Source: Camelus ferus (taxonomy: Eukaryota). Taken from it: a stretch of 64,000 bases of DNA. The DNA lies in the NCBI RefSeq assembly GCF_009834535.1, contig NC_045697.1, positions 71,302,001-71,366,000 of the forward strand. The letters run 5' to 3'. Of the stretch, positions 25,048 through 37,790 are shown piece after piece (the stretch's first letter is position 1; the number at the start of each line of letters is the position of its first letter). The position numbers were made by a program, and so were the translations under genes. The notes under the pieces were generated by a model, which was not told where the DNA came from, ran no database searches, and worked only from the letters and a program-made list of their open reading frames with translations.

Positions 25048-25168
25048 GGAGGGAGAAGGTATAGCTCAAGTGGTAGAGTGCATACTTAGCATGCACGGAG
25101 TCCTGGGTTCAATCCCCAGTACTTCCTCTAAAAAATAGATAAATAAATAAACCTAATTACCCCCCCCC
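25048..25168 (+). mobile_element. Camelid tRNA-derived SINE
   Basis: A box tagctcaagtgg, B box ggttcaatcc, tail aataaataaacctaattacccc, TSD aaattatacttt / aaatgatacttt. Confidence 0.9.
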
Positions 25169-25309
25169 AAATGATACTTTCCCCTTCCCGTACAAGAATC
25201 CGGAGGGAATTTTCACGATGAGGACCTGATAGGTTTTCTTAAGATAGAACCCACAGAAGTGTGGGGGGCCTACTATGACTATGAGGGTCCTCCTGGAGAT
25301 TAAAACAGT

Positions 25310-25520
25310 TTTTTTGAAACAGTTTTTTTAGAGAAGTTTTAGGTTCACAGCAAAATTGAGAAAAAAGTATATGACCCCCTCCCCACACATCCATGGCTTT
25401 CCTTATTATCAGTATTACCCCCTGGAGTGGCACATTTATTACAACTGATGCAACCACATTGACACATCATTATCACCTGAAGTCTATTGTTTACATTAGA
25501 TATGTTCACTTTGGTTCACT
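25310..25520 (-). mobile_element. L1MC1/2-like 3' end fragment
   Basis: agttttaggttcacagcaaaattgag...cattgacacatcattatcacc. Confidence 0.75.
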
Positions 25521-25534
25521 ATGGGTCCCCTGCA

Positions 25535-26128
25535 TTTTTTTCCTTTTTTTATTGAAGTATAGTCAGTTTACAATATTGTATGAATTTCCAGTGTACCTCA
25601 TAATGTTTCAGTCATACATGAACATACATATATTCCTTTTCATGTTCTTTTTCATTATAGGTTACTAAATAATACTGAATATAGTTCCCTGTGCTATACA
25701 GTATAAACATTTTTTTAAAATCTATTTTATATATATTAGTTACTATCTGAAAATCTCAGGCTCCCAACTTATCCCTCCCCACCCCCTTCCCTCCCTGGTA
25801 ACCATAAGTTTGTTTTCCATGTCTATGAGTTTGTTTCTCTTTTGTAAATAAGAGCATTTGTCTTTTTTTTTTTTTTTTAGATTCCACATATAAGTAATAT
25901 CATAAGGTATTTTTTGTTTCCGTTTCTGACTTACTTCACTTAGAATGACAATCTCCAGGTCCATCCGTGTTGCAGCAAATGGCATTATTTTATTCGTTTT
26001 TATGGCTGAGTAGTATTCTGTTGTATATATATACCACAACTTCTTTATCCATTCATCTGTTGATTGACATTTGGGTTGTTTCCATGTCTTGGCCATTGTA
26101 AATAGTGCTGCTGTGAACATTGGGGTCC
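25535..26128 (-). mobile_element. Camelid L1 3' end including the ORF2 C-terminus
   Basis: ORF 25743-26135 reads TPMFTAALFTMAKTWKQPKC.STDEWIKKLWYIYTTEYYSAIK (L1 ORF2 C-terminus); flanking repeat gggtcc(c/a)ctgcatttttt. Confidence 0.95.
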
Positions 26129-26894
26129 ACTGCATTTTTTAATTCTCAGACTTGTCCACACTGAGCCTCCAGCAATTTAATTACAGTTCAGGTTTTCCTA
26201 CTTGACACTGGTTCCCAAGGAGGTTTCCACTGTTGGGTTTCTAGACTATTAAATTATGATTCTTGTATCTACCTGTCTGTCTCTTCAATTTGGGATGCAG
26301 TGGTTTTGCCCTGTGACCTCACTTCTCTGAAGAATTTAAGAAGAGTTTTGGATTTTTCAGTTTATTCATTTTTTTAACTTGTTATTAGGACAGAGTGGTG
26401 ATTTCTCAGCTCTTAACTTAATGGACTGGAAACCAGAAGTCACCAATACTTTTTATAGTCTTTTAAAATTTTAGCCATCCTACTAGATGTGAGGGGGTAT
26501 GACTGAGTTTTGATTTGCATTTCCTTAGTCACTAATAATGTTGAGCATGGTGGATATAATTTCAAGGAGAATTTACATGACTTTTTATTGAACTGAATTT
26601 CATTGTTTTAAGATAAGCAGATGGAATCTTTCAGCAACTGGATTATCCCCCATTAATTTTGCCAGCCGGCTTCCATTTACTTTTGAGAGATTCTTTCCTC
26701 ACTGGCTTTGATTAGACTTCTAGATTGAGCCTTTCTTCATGAAACATGTGACATAAAGAATGAACAATAGATGCCTAAGCTTGTATCTCATTGTAATTAA
26801 TACTCATTTTAGCCAGGCAAATCTTGATATCATGTGATCAGAAAATAATCTGGACCTAATAGTGAAGTTTGATAATTTAAGAGTATCTGTCATC

Positions 26895-27060
26895 TGTTGT
26901 TTTGGGCTGCCCAGCTGCTGTTTCTGGGGGGAACCACCCCTCCATCAGTTCATGTAGTCCTGATGATGCCTGCAGTCACACCTACTCCTCATCCACCTGC
27001 AGCCTCCACTCCCCAGGCCACAAGATGAGCACGGAGCACATAAACCTGACATCAGCAATT
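26895..27060 (+). mobile_element. Old MaLR LTR fragment (MLT1K/L-like)
   Basis: ttttgggctgcccagc...ggaaccacccctcc. Confidence 0.4.
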
Positions 27061-27914
27061 GTAGTGTTTTATGTACATCTTTTTTTTGCCGCAGTTTCCT
27101 GACATTCTGTCTTCTCTTTTGCAACGTATACAGCTTCTTCAAAGTATTCAAGATCTTTGAGAAAAAAGACTGGATCTCTAGGCAAGTGATAAACACAGAT
27201 AAACATAAAATATTACATTTGTCAAGATTTGAGGGATACTACAGATACTTCGCAGTGAACACACATGCATCTCCCATTCAGTCATGCCTTTGTTTCTTTT
27301 CAGGTGAATTGCGCCTTTTGGTGAAGATGTTGACTGGAGGGAAACTGCAATAGTATCATCTCAGAGGTGTGGTTAATTTTCATGCATCCACTTGTCATAG
27401 ACACCGTCCAGATTTCATGGTTTTGATTGACCAATATTGGATATACATATCACTTCTTCATTCCTGTGTCAAGGTGACAGAAGGTAACATGACTTTAAGG
27501 CTTAGTTTAATATGTACATGTGTACACTGTAGGAAAAAAGCATATCATGTCAAATAACCTTCAAGAAAAGTGGTAACTTCAAAGATATCAGGAGCTATTC
27601 AGAGAAGAGGTCTTTGAGAGAAGGTGCTTTTTGGTTTCCTTGACAGTATATGAAGGCCTTTACAAGATAATCACATTTTGATGCTCTCCCTTGAAGGCAA
27701 ATTGCTAATGAGCAGGAGAACAAAGAGAATCCACCTGTGGGGAGCGCCAGTCCTGAGCGGAGTACTTAGTGCATCCAAGCACATGAGTTCATTTTGTCTT
27801 TCAAAGAACCCACTGAAGAAAGTACCGTGATACTGTTTCTATAGATTAGCAAATTGAGGTTCAGTGATCTTAAATCAATTGATTAATTTTTTCTTCTCTA
27901 CCCATGTCTCTCAG

Positions 27915-28075
27915 ATGCCAATCTGAACACTGGCTGCACAATAATCATCCTGATGAAATTGTTTAAAATATAAATTCTGGGACCCTCATTCCTGAAGATT
28001 CTAGTTCAATAGGTTCTTAGATCCAGGTATTCTTCTTTTATGCCAAAGTGCTTCTGTTACACAGCCAAATTTGGA
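27915..28075. mobile_element. MER5-like MITE remnant
   Basis: ctggctgcacaataatcatcctg...gtttaaaatata...gattctagttcaataggt...cagccaaatttggaac. Confidence 0.5.
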
Positions 28076-30599
28076 ACATCTCCTTTATGCCCCATGACCT
28101 CGGACTGGTTCAGGCAGTTAACTTGGTTTCATCTCTTTCAACTGAAGTAGGTTGGAAAAGGCTGTTCAGAGTCCTGTGTTGAGAGGCTTCTGAGGCTGAT
28201 GGGAAGTATTCTGGGATGCATTAGTGATGGCTGTGATGAGGCCAGATGGAGGGAGTAGAATGCGACTGCCAAACATCGGCCAACTGTGATCTAGATTGTG
28301 ACAGTTGGAAGGTGGGTGAGGAGGAAAAAAAGGAAAGTAGAGAATATCAGTTACACTTTGATTAAAAATTATCTGAGGATATACTAAATATTTTATACAG
28401 CTGTGTGTAACCCTCTTGAGCTATACCAAATGTAAGTGTAGCTCTTGGAAAAATACTAAGGATGACCAAAGCACAGAGAGCCACATCAGGGAGATGAGCC
28501 AAAATGTTCTTGCAAATCCCCAGGGTACTGGATTCCTCCACTGTCCCAGCCCTGCGGGAACGCCTGTGCCAGGAATATTGGGAACTCTGTGTAAGAGCAG
28601 CTGCCACGTGCCAGTGTTCTTTCTGTTGCAGCCTTATTTCTTGTGGCAGGAAAAAAAAATGTATTTTAGCAATTGATCAGATTTTTTTTTTATTATTTCA
28701 AAACTTTAGGCAGAGAGCAAATACACTTTATAGTTCTAAATTGTGTATGCTTATTTCTCATATTGTATGATTAAATTTTAATTTCAGATATATGCATTAT
28801 ATTTGGAGAAGCCAGTTTAGGTGGGTCTGATGAAAATATATGTAAGTAGATATAATGGATGTCCTTTATTAGATATATTCATAGAAAGAGGTGAATAAAG
28901 CTGCGCCTTTAAACAGAGAAAGGCTGCTTTTTAGGGTTTAGTTCTTCATGACAATGTAGCCTTTCTAAGGGAGAACTGCATACTTGGGATTTATTTAGTC
29001 CAGGAGAGCTGTGTACACAGCTCCTTGCTGTAACACCAGAAACCAGGGTTCCTGCAATCCTCATTATGTCAGTAACCATCAGCAGGTAACCTGTGGCAGA
29101 TAGGCTCTTAGGATTCTCAACTCATTTTCACTTTGCCTTCCACTCTTGTGGACATTGTTACTTCCTTCTGTCCACTTGCAGTTGAAGGGAAATGATGCAT
29201 AAAATCGCTTTCCACAACCAGTGTCAGGGATGACCTTTGAACTGCTTAGTTACCTCGCCCCCTTTAGAAGAGCTGTGAGAGACATGTGACAAATATAAAG
29301 AGAAAAATGTTGCAGTTGATTAGTGATGGCTATCATCAGATCAGAATTGGGAAGTTGCAGCATGTGATTAGTATTTTTACCATTTTTGATTCATATCAGT
29401 AACAGTGGCCAGGTGAGTGTGCTATAAATAAAAATATGTCAGACGTGATGTTATTATTATCAGCATGAAGGTGGGAAAAAGGAAAAAAACTGGGCAAGAG
29501 GAATGGCACAGAGCATCTGGATATAATTTTCATGAAACCAAAACTGAGCCTTCACAAACCTCTACAGTGCCAGAATTATTGAAAATTTAAAAATAAAAAT
29601 TAAAAAATGGTCCTAGATATAACTGCTAAATGAATTTTTAAAATATAATTAACTGTGAATTATACATACATTATTTGTCTTTGTTAATAACAGTGTTCCT
29701 CATTTCAAAATTCATAAGTGAGTTCTAGAAAAATCAAGTTGGAAAAAGAATTTATTACTTTGCCATTCATTCATCAGGACCTGGAAACTGGTCATTACTT
29801 TGGTAAACAGTTTGAAGTTCTGACATTACCCTTAGTGTTATCATTGTAAGAACTGAGACTCAGTGTTCTAAAGATAATTACATTTTTTTTTACAAGCTAA
29901 ATGGAAAAATGCTGAATATTGTCACTGCTTGAGAGATTGGATTTTGTAGCGATTTGTTTTTGTTTTTGTTTTCTTTTCTTTTTGTGTGCGTGCTAGCACT
30001 ATATCCAGATACTTCTGATGGAGGGAGCTACAGTAATATTAAAGAATTGTTCACAACTACTTATGAGAGGGACTGTCACATCTGTAAACAAAACTTAACT
30101 GTATCAAAGCAGATGTCAAGAGGTTATTTTTAACCTCTGTTATACCTCATAATGCAATTCTGATATGTTCTGTAGCAAGTATGGGGTGAGTGGGAAAAGT
30201 TTAATATAATAGACTAAGAAAGGCCTAGTGTTTGGCAGATTAAATGACAAGGAATGGAAAAGTAAGGCCAGACAATAAAAATATGTTTTGTGCAATGATG
30301 CAGTGGGATTTTTAAATGAGTTCCCATTTGCCTCAAACTCTGGAAAACACACCCCACTCTCAATATTTCTTGAAGGCAATGAGAATGTTTTTTGTCTCTT
30401 TGAAAATATTACCTTTAAGGCAATGAGCAAAACAAGGAAACACTCTGAACAGCTGATTGGAAATCTAAGCTGAAGCCAAAACACATACTGAAATTAGAGC
30501 TACCAGTGTTTTACCGTGGCTTGATTTCTGGTTTTCTCGTTAGATGTCATACATGTGTTTCCTGTTGTGCTTACTAAAAACAATATCTTGTATCAGGTC

Positions 30600-32070
30600 A
30601 CATTTCCTACAAATACCAACCAAGAACTGATTTCCAAGGTTGGTAATTAACTTTTAAAGATGATCATGCATCACATTTTATAGGAAAAGGAATGGTTATT
30701 TAATAAATGGTGCTACAGATAATTAATTCACTACTTGAGCTTCACTTCACTCTGTATGAAACAAAGAAATGAGGAAGGAAGGAAGGAAAGAAGAGGGAGG
30801 GGGGACTAAGAAAAGGAGGAAGGGAGACAGGGAGGGAGAGAGAAAGGGAGAGGTAGAGAAGAAGGAAGGAGGGAAGGAGAGAAAGGTAAGAAATTCCAGA
30901 ATGGTTCAAGAAGCAAATGTTAAGCATAAAACCATAAGAAAGGGAAAAACAGGATTATTTATTTTAGGACTCCTATTTTCTAAGTAACAAATTAAATCAC
31001 AAAGAAAAAAGTGACAGCTACTTGAAAATTGAAAGAACAAACCACTCTGTCAAAAATAGACAATTAACAAGTAATAATAAAGTGAGAAATTATCTATGTC
31101 AAATAGGACAAGTTAGGAATTCACAAGCTGAAAATATGAAAGATTGCTAGAAATACATAAGAAAAATCTTAAGATCCCAACAGCTTGAAGAAAAGAGCTG
31201 TAGTGTTTTGTTTATAGTTCTTTCAAATAGATATTGAAAATATGATGAAATATTTTACTTCACCGGTAAGCAAAAAAATGTAAACTGAAATAAGATATTA
31301 TTTTGACTAAATACTTAGAAAACATAAAATATACTAAGTAACAAAGAGGGTTTTGTAGAATATGAACAGTTACAAATGGTATAAATTGGTGTAGTTTTTC
31401 TGGATCAGTTTGGCTACACACATTGAAAGTATCCCAAAAGTTCATAACTTTCTCAGTTATTTCCATTATAGAAACCTATCCTGTGGAAATTGTCATGTAT
31501 GCATAGTTACTCTAAAGTTATTCATGATGAGCAATCCAAATATCCAATTGTAAGACAATGTTTAGATCGTCTAGCCAACCACCGTGTAATCCCCAGACCA
31601 GCAAGATCAGCATCACCTGGAAAATTGTTAGAAATGGACAGTCTAGGCTCTATTTGGCACTTACTGACTCGGAAACTCTAGGGGTGGACCAAGCATTCAC
31701 AGAGCCCTCAAGATAATTTTGGTGCATACAAAAGCTTGAGAATCACTGATGTAATGGAACATTAACAGACATTCAAAATGTTTTTAAAGAACTCTTAGCA
31801 TGGAAAGGAGAATAAAAATTGTTCCTATTTAACATGATCATGGGAATTATGTATAGTATGACTTCCATTTTGTAAATCCATATGAGTATATATATCATAT
31901 ATTTGTAAAACCAAAATCATTCACGTGTATGTGTATTCACATGAACATACATACCAGCAGAAAAAAAATGTTATTCTCGATGTATCTTTGGATTACTTTT
32001 TTGAATTACTTTTTCTTTGCACCTTTATGTACTTTTCCAAATTCTCTTCTATGATGACATATTATTTTTT
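30600..32070 (+). mobile_element. Old L1ME-like 3' region, sense, with purine-rich low-complexity tract (30770-30885)
   Basis: ttatttaataaatggtgct, taaaaccataagaa, gtataaattggtgta, ccaaatatccaat. Confidence 0.6.
31575..31748 (+). mobile_element. MER5A nested in L1
   Basis: agaccagcaagatcagcatcacctggaaaattgttagaaatg...aaagcttgagaatcactg. Confidence 0.85.
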
Positions 32071-33966
32071 ACTATCAAAAAAAGATCTTGGCCACAAACA
32101 TTTTCACAGGTATCCGTAATGCTCAAGGCCCCAAGTTGCCTGTAACCCTAAATATTTCTTAATCTTTCATAATGATGTTGGTTTATTGCAAAGAGAGACC
32201 CCTTCTTCAATAGCAGGTTGTGTTTTATCAGTCAGGAAAACAGTAAGATGTGGTACTTGGGTTGACCTAGCCACAGGCAGGATGTGGCTGCCAAAGCAGA
32301 ACTATAAGTCTTTGAGCAACAGCCACATCCTCCTCCTACTAGTTCTTTTTTTAGCTGATGGCATCTCCCAGGATTCTGACGTTAACCAAAAGTTCACATC
32401 GTCTCTGTGTTGCTATCATACCCTCTTCTTTTACCAGCAGTTCTCACAATAAACTTAGTGCAGAGCACAGGGCATAGAAATGATGGAAATATTAGGCATT
32501 AGAGATTTCAAACAACCAAGCTCATTTAAGCAGAGTATTCTAGCAGAGTGATACCAAGATGAAGTAATAATCCAACAACAGTTATTTATCTTCCTATGTT
32601 GAAAATTATCCGTCCTTTGTTATCTCAGAAAACCGTCAGCATTTCTTCTCTGGTTTACTTTAATTTGCAGCTATCTGAGTGCACAGAAGGTTCAACCTGT
32701 TCTGCTAGTGCTTGTACAAGGTAGTGGCTCTAACGTTGTTTACAGTGGTTTAAAAACTCTTAAGTGTTGGAAACGTTTTAATTGTCATAGAAAATGAATA
32801 TTGTACCATGTGTCTCTGTTCTAAATCACTGGAATAAGATAACTTCTGTTTTGCTCCCTGCTCACATTAACACAGTTAGCAAGAAGATCAGGGGACAGCC
32901 CCAACTGCTCCAGACTGACAGCTGCCCTCAGTTAGGGTATTTAGGGACTAAGAAGAGGTATCATTCAGCTTGTACGCTGTGATTGGCTTCAGCTTCCTTA
33001 GTTTTACGTTGGAGGAATTCTGTGGGCAGAAATACAATTCCACTCCATAGGTAGATGCAGAAACTGCTGTGATTTGAAGGAACAGTGGTATGTTAAAGAA
33101 CAGTGAAATACTAAAAGAAATATCCCAAAGTCTCAGAGAAGATGGGAATGAAAGAGTATGATTTTATATAGTAGATTTGACAAATACACATATTAAGCCT
33201 GCTTAATGACAACAAAGTTTAGATTTCCTAATGTCTGTTATTCAGAATGCATGGATTTATGATTAGGATCAGAGGCTGATTTTGAAAACCTAAAACTCCT
33301 CAGATGATGATTCATATTTTGTGGCATGTAGATGCTATCACCCGAATGTTATGACTCTGCCCTCAGGTTTTTATTACCAAGATCATTTTCGTGACTTCCT
33401 ACAAGTGGGCTTTGTGTCTCTAAGAGATACTTATAAATGTTTGGCTAAGTTTGCAAACACTCAGGTTTTCAAAAGAAACCTATGTGACGTACAGAGACTG
33501 ACTGAGACGTGTAAATGCTGAAGATAAGGTGATTGTACAGAAAATAGAACAGAAGTAACTACAGCAAGGATCAGGATGGAAAGCCCAGTCAAAAATGAGA
33601 AATTTAAAACCCCTGTGTTTTGTCAGCAGCGGCTTGGCAGCTGGAATAGGAAGGACAGAGGAAGTGAGACCCATGCTGGCTTCCAGAGGTCTGCTACAAG
33701 AAAATGGACCCCTAGGACCAGATGGTTTTATGGCTTTGGTAAACAATAGATTTGCATAATGTTTCCTCAGTAATTCTGTCAGGAAGAGTGTTGAGCTAGA
33801 AAACAATGTACAATTGTGCCTTTTTTTGAAAACTAGCTCTCTAAAAGGCCAACTAGTAGTTAGGGAGAAACCGACCTGTTGGGAAGGACAGAGTAGGTAA
33901 TGAACTATTACCTGACTATCTTGACTACAAGGTAATGGTAAATACTGATATGTTTGAAAGTCTTAG

Positions 33967-33983
33967 GTCTCCCCTGGTGGCCA
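33967..33983 (-). promoter_or_regulatory. Candidate CTCF motif
   Basis: Minus strand TGGCCACCAGGGGAGAC versus consensus TGGCCACCAGGGGGCGC; the first 13 nt are identical and the 3' end deviates. Confidence 0.3.
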
Positions 33984-34466
33984 TATTATGAACCAATTAT
34001 CATACAGGAATGAGGGTTTCTCTGATTTCAGGCCCCACCTCCTTAAGATTTCCTTGTTTGTTCTGATTTGTAGCTTCCTTTGACCTTTTTTTTCTCTAAG
34101 GCTTGGGTGACTGCCATTTGGTTTCTCTTCAAGAAGAATCAGCAAACCACTTCACGCTGAATTCTTTTCTAGTATACACACGCATCACTACTCCCTATTG
34201 ATCTCAGGAAGTGGGATCCCCATACACCTTTTGAACAAAATCCTCTGTTTCATCAAGTGGATGAGTACCCTCATCTGCTTCATTCAACCGATTTAATTGG
34301 CAACAATTATTTCCACAGGTGGTTTCTGCGCATATAAGTACAGGTTTCTACTTTTTAACACCTGAATCCAAAAATGAGCCAGTGGAATAATACACCACTA
34401 AAATCCACCTTCTCTATCCTCCAAACATGGCAACAATCCCCTCCCCACAATATTGATGTTAAAAGG

Positions 34467-34690
34467 CAGGGCTTGCAAACTCAAAAGCCTTCAGTGCTCA
34501 TTTGGGTAATACAAATATAGCTGAAGTTGAAGGGAAGTAAGGACTGACAATAGGGATTGTTGACAACAACATTAAGTGGCAAGCCTGGTCTGAAGTCAGC
34601 AGCTGTCCAGCTCCAGAAAATTGTTGCCATGTAATAAAGTAGCCCAAGAAATGCCCCATCTACTGGATTTTCAAGAAAAGTAAAATTGAT
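34467..34690. mobile_element. MER102-like hAT element
   Basis: cagggcttgcaaactcaaa...attgttgccatgta...gattttcaagaaaag. Confidence 0.55.
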
Positions 34691-34903
34691 TTTTTTTTAA
34701 ATTGAAGTACAGTCAGTTTACAATGTGTCAGTTTCTGGTGTATGGCATGTTTCATTGTAAATATACATATATATTCATTTTCATAATCTTTTTCATTATA
34801 GGTTACTACAAGATATTGAATATAATTCCCTGTACTATATGGAAGAAACTTGTTGTTTATCTATTTTATATATAGTAGTGTGTATCTGCAAATGTCGAAC
34901 TCC
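34690..34903 (-). mobile_element. Camelid L1 3' end (L1-2_Vpa-like)
   Basis: attgaagtacagtcagtttacaatgtgtcagtttctggtgta...ataggttactacaagatattgaatata. Confidence 0.85.
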
Positions 34904-34919
34904 TACATGAAATTTAGTC

Positions 34920-36125
34920 ATAATGAATTATCCTTTTCTATGCTTCTGGATTCAATTTGCTAAATATTTTGCTTAGAAAATTTTTCATTCACATTCATGA
35001 GTTGGCCTGTCATTTCTCTTTTTCTTCCTGCCATTTTGAGATTGAAATTATGCACATCAAGATATGAAGAGATGCTAACACTGAGAGAGTGTTAACTCTT
35101 CTTTTGTCTTTCAGACGACAAATTTGGGGATTCTTTTTTAAAAACACTTTATTTTGAAATAAATTCAGATGTCTGAAAAATTACAAGAATAGAACAAAGA
35201 AATCTTGTATGTGCTTCACCCAGGTTCCGTTTCACTCATTGTTAACATATTGTCACAGTAGCTTAATCATTTTCTTTCTATTTTTTTCTTGAGCTATTTG
35301 AGAGGAGGTTGCATATATCATGACTCCTTATACCTAAAATTTCACCACATATTACATAAGAAGAGGAGCATTTCATTATATCACTAGAGTACAACTAGCA
35401 AAATTAGGAAAATTACCATTATTAAAATACTATTGTCTAATATTTAGTCTGTAGTCAAATTTTGCCGATTATCTCAATAATGTCCTTTATAATACATTTT
35501 TTTCTCTCTGATTCAGGATTCAATCAGGTATATAAATTGTTTTTAGTTATTTTACCCCTTTAGTCTCATTACTGTAGAAGAATTTCTCAAGATTTTCTTT
35601 GTATTTTGTGAGATTGATCATTTTGTAAGATGGTAACCAAATATTTTGTAAAATCTCCTGTAATTAAAACAGGAATTATTTCTCCCTTGAAAATCTGTAG
35701 AATTCACTGATGAAGACCTATGTCTGTGTTTGGAGGTTTCTTTGTGGGATGATTTTCAATGACTGACTCACTTTCTTTAACTATCACGACTATGAAAGAT
35801 ATTTCTCCTTTACTCATTTTGTTTAAATTTTCTAGGAATTTATTTGTTTTGATTGTATCTACTACTGTAAAGGTGCTTATAATATTCTTTTATTAACCTT
35901 TTTACTGTCTATAAAATATGTAGTTATGTCTACCTTTAAATTTGCAATAATGTTTTTGTTTATCTTCTTTTTTTGAATTCTAGACTTTCCTCTTAGGCGT
36001 ACTTTTCATTTGTTTGAAGTATACCCTTAAGAATTTCTTTCAGGGAGAATTTTTGTATCATCATCATCAGGGTCCTTGAAAGATACCTTTGCTGGTTACG
36101 GAATTCTAGGTTGACAGTTATTTGA
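34920..36125 (-). mobile_element. Old L1 fragments, including an L1MC-like 3' end at ~35135-35650
   Basis: cttctggattcaatttgctaa; ttttattttgaaataaattcaga...ttacaagaatag; ggaattctaggttgacagtta. Confidence 0.65.
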
Positions 36126-36139
36126 TCTCCTTGAAAGAA

Positions 36140-36560
36140 TCTGCCCAAAGTTGACCACTTATTTTTGGGAAGGGTCTCATATAGGGTGTTGTTCATGTGC
36201 ATTCCTGACAGATTGGCTCTGTCACACTTTTGACCACTCTTGGGCTATTGGTGATGTCCAACCACTGTTGACACTTTTTCATATTACTATTCAAACTATT
36301 ATGGCCAGTGAAACAAATTTTTCATCTTGACAGTGGTGTGCTTTTTATTGCACAAGCCACTCAACAGTGGGCCAATAGTCAAGATATCTGATAGGTCTTC
36401 TACACTCTCTATCGTCCATAGCATCTTGTATTGTCTTGGAAAGCCCTTCTCAAAATTTGACTCAATAAGTTTTCTAACTCTGTATTCCTCAGCTCCTCCT
36501 GGTCTACACCCCTAAGTAAAAGAGTTTGGTCACTGAGTGAGGCTGTTCCTAGAAAGGGAT
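36140..36560 (+). pseudogene. Decayed ERVL-class (class III ERV) integrase core
   Basis: Across stops and frameshifts it reads *QIGSV...TTVDTFS...DSGVLFIAQATQQWANSQDI**VFYTLYRP*...WKALLK, collinear with ERVL integrase WQIDY..VDTFS..D.G.HFTA...QQWA...I.W.FH.PYHPQ...WNGLLK. Confidence 0.75.
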
Positions 36561-36689
36561 GATTTTCTATTATCTGCTTCCTGGTTAACAATCAGAATAA
36601 AAATTTGGACTTCTGCCTTGACCATTCTTGGGAGTGATACTTCTTTATTTCTCCAGATGGTAACCCTAAAGTCAGGATATGATTGTACA

Positions 36690-37460
36690 TGTAACAATTC
36701 AAAGTAATACAAATAAATTATTAGAATTAATAAGTGGATTTCACAAAGTTTCTTGATATAAGGTGATATGGAAAATATATTTAATTTATATGGGTTTTCT
36801 CAGTGATAAAATAAAATTAAAAAATCAAATAATACCCTGTATTGATACTACTACTGGTGTATGCATAAATTTAATTTTCTTCTTTGGAAAACAGTTTGGC
36901 ATTATCTACCAAAGTTGAAATTATGCATAAAATACAATCTGGCAGTTGGACTCAGGAACATATACTGAAGGGAAATGGATACACATGTATAAAAGGAGAT
37001 ATATGCATAATGTTCATAGTAGCATAATGTTATCAAACTGATAACAAATCCAGTGTTCATCAATAGTAATGTAAATACTAAAATAATAATAAATTGGTAA
37101 AATAAATAGTAAAATATAGAGAATAAGTATTTCTACAATGAATAATAAGCAATAAAAGTGGATGGCACTGCAGATATATAGCACACAGTTTCTATTCTAT
37201 CAAAATTTCTCAAAGTAATCACACACAAAATAATACGTATTGGGTGATTCCTTTTATATTTAGTTCAAAAAGTAAGAAAAACAATAATGTTAATTGATAC
37301 AAGCTTAGTTGCAAAAACTGTGAAGAAAAGCAAGGAAGTGATAATCATAAAATCCTAGATAGTAAAATACTTTGGAGTGGATCAAAGTGTTGTGGTTGGG
37401 AGAAGGCATAAGGCAAATTTCTAGAGTGTTGGGTATGTTCTGTTTTCACTTGGGTGATAA
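36690..37460 (+). mobile_element. Old L1ME-like 3' region, sense
   Basis: tttggaaaacagtttggcattatctaccaaagttgaa, aatgttcatagtagca, tgattccttttatatttagttcaaaa. Confidence 0.75.
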
Positions 37461-37464
37461 GTGT

Positions 37465-37790
37465 TTTCTTTTTCTTGTTTGTTTGTTTGTTTTACTGACT
37501 TTATAACTGGCTTACAATATTAGTTTCAGGTGTGCAACATATTGATTCAGTATTTTTATAAATTACAAAATGATCTCCACAGTAAGTTTGGTTACCATCT
37601 TGTCACCATACAGTTATCACAATATTATTGACTATATTCCCCACACTGTACATTTCATCCCCATGAGTTACTTATTTTATAACTGAAAGTTTGTACTTAT
37701 TAATCTCTCTCATCTATTTCTCTCATCCCCCACACCCTCCCCTCTGGGGAACCACCAGTTTGTTCTCTGTATCAATGAATCTGTTTCTGT
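37465..37790 (-). mobile_element. L1MA9-like 3' end
   Basis: tagtttcaggtgtgcaacatattgattcagtattt...attgactatattcccc...aactgaaagtttgtac...aaccaccagtttgttctctgtatc. Confidence 0.85.

Larger units (their letters stand above)
21075..26445 (-). mobile_element. Large L1MC/L1MD-like element (ORF2 5' part, ORF1, 5' region) with nested insertions
   Basis: Minus-strand ORF-track peptides are L1-like: endonuclease region (VAILIS...ADF; LLHPTTKKYT...SSHRTFTNIDY..GHK) and ORF1 (AEERLSKLE...[10 protein letters not shown]...KPQILEAQRTP). Confidence 0.9.

Noticed and set aside
25055..25125. tRNA-like sequence (also at ~41035-41105)
   Set aside because: It has A and B boxes but also the SINE tail and TSDs, so these are SINE heads and not tRNA genes.
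25743..26135. 130-aa ORF as a host gene
   Set aside because: It is the L1 ORF2 C-terminus running into the 3' UTR.
28416..28770. Cys-rich ORFs
   Set aside because: No recognisable cysteine spacing, signal peptide or convincing exon boundaries.
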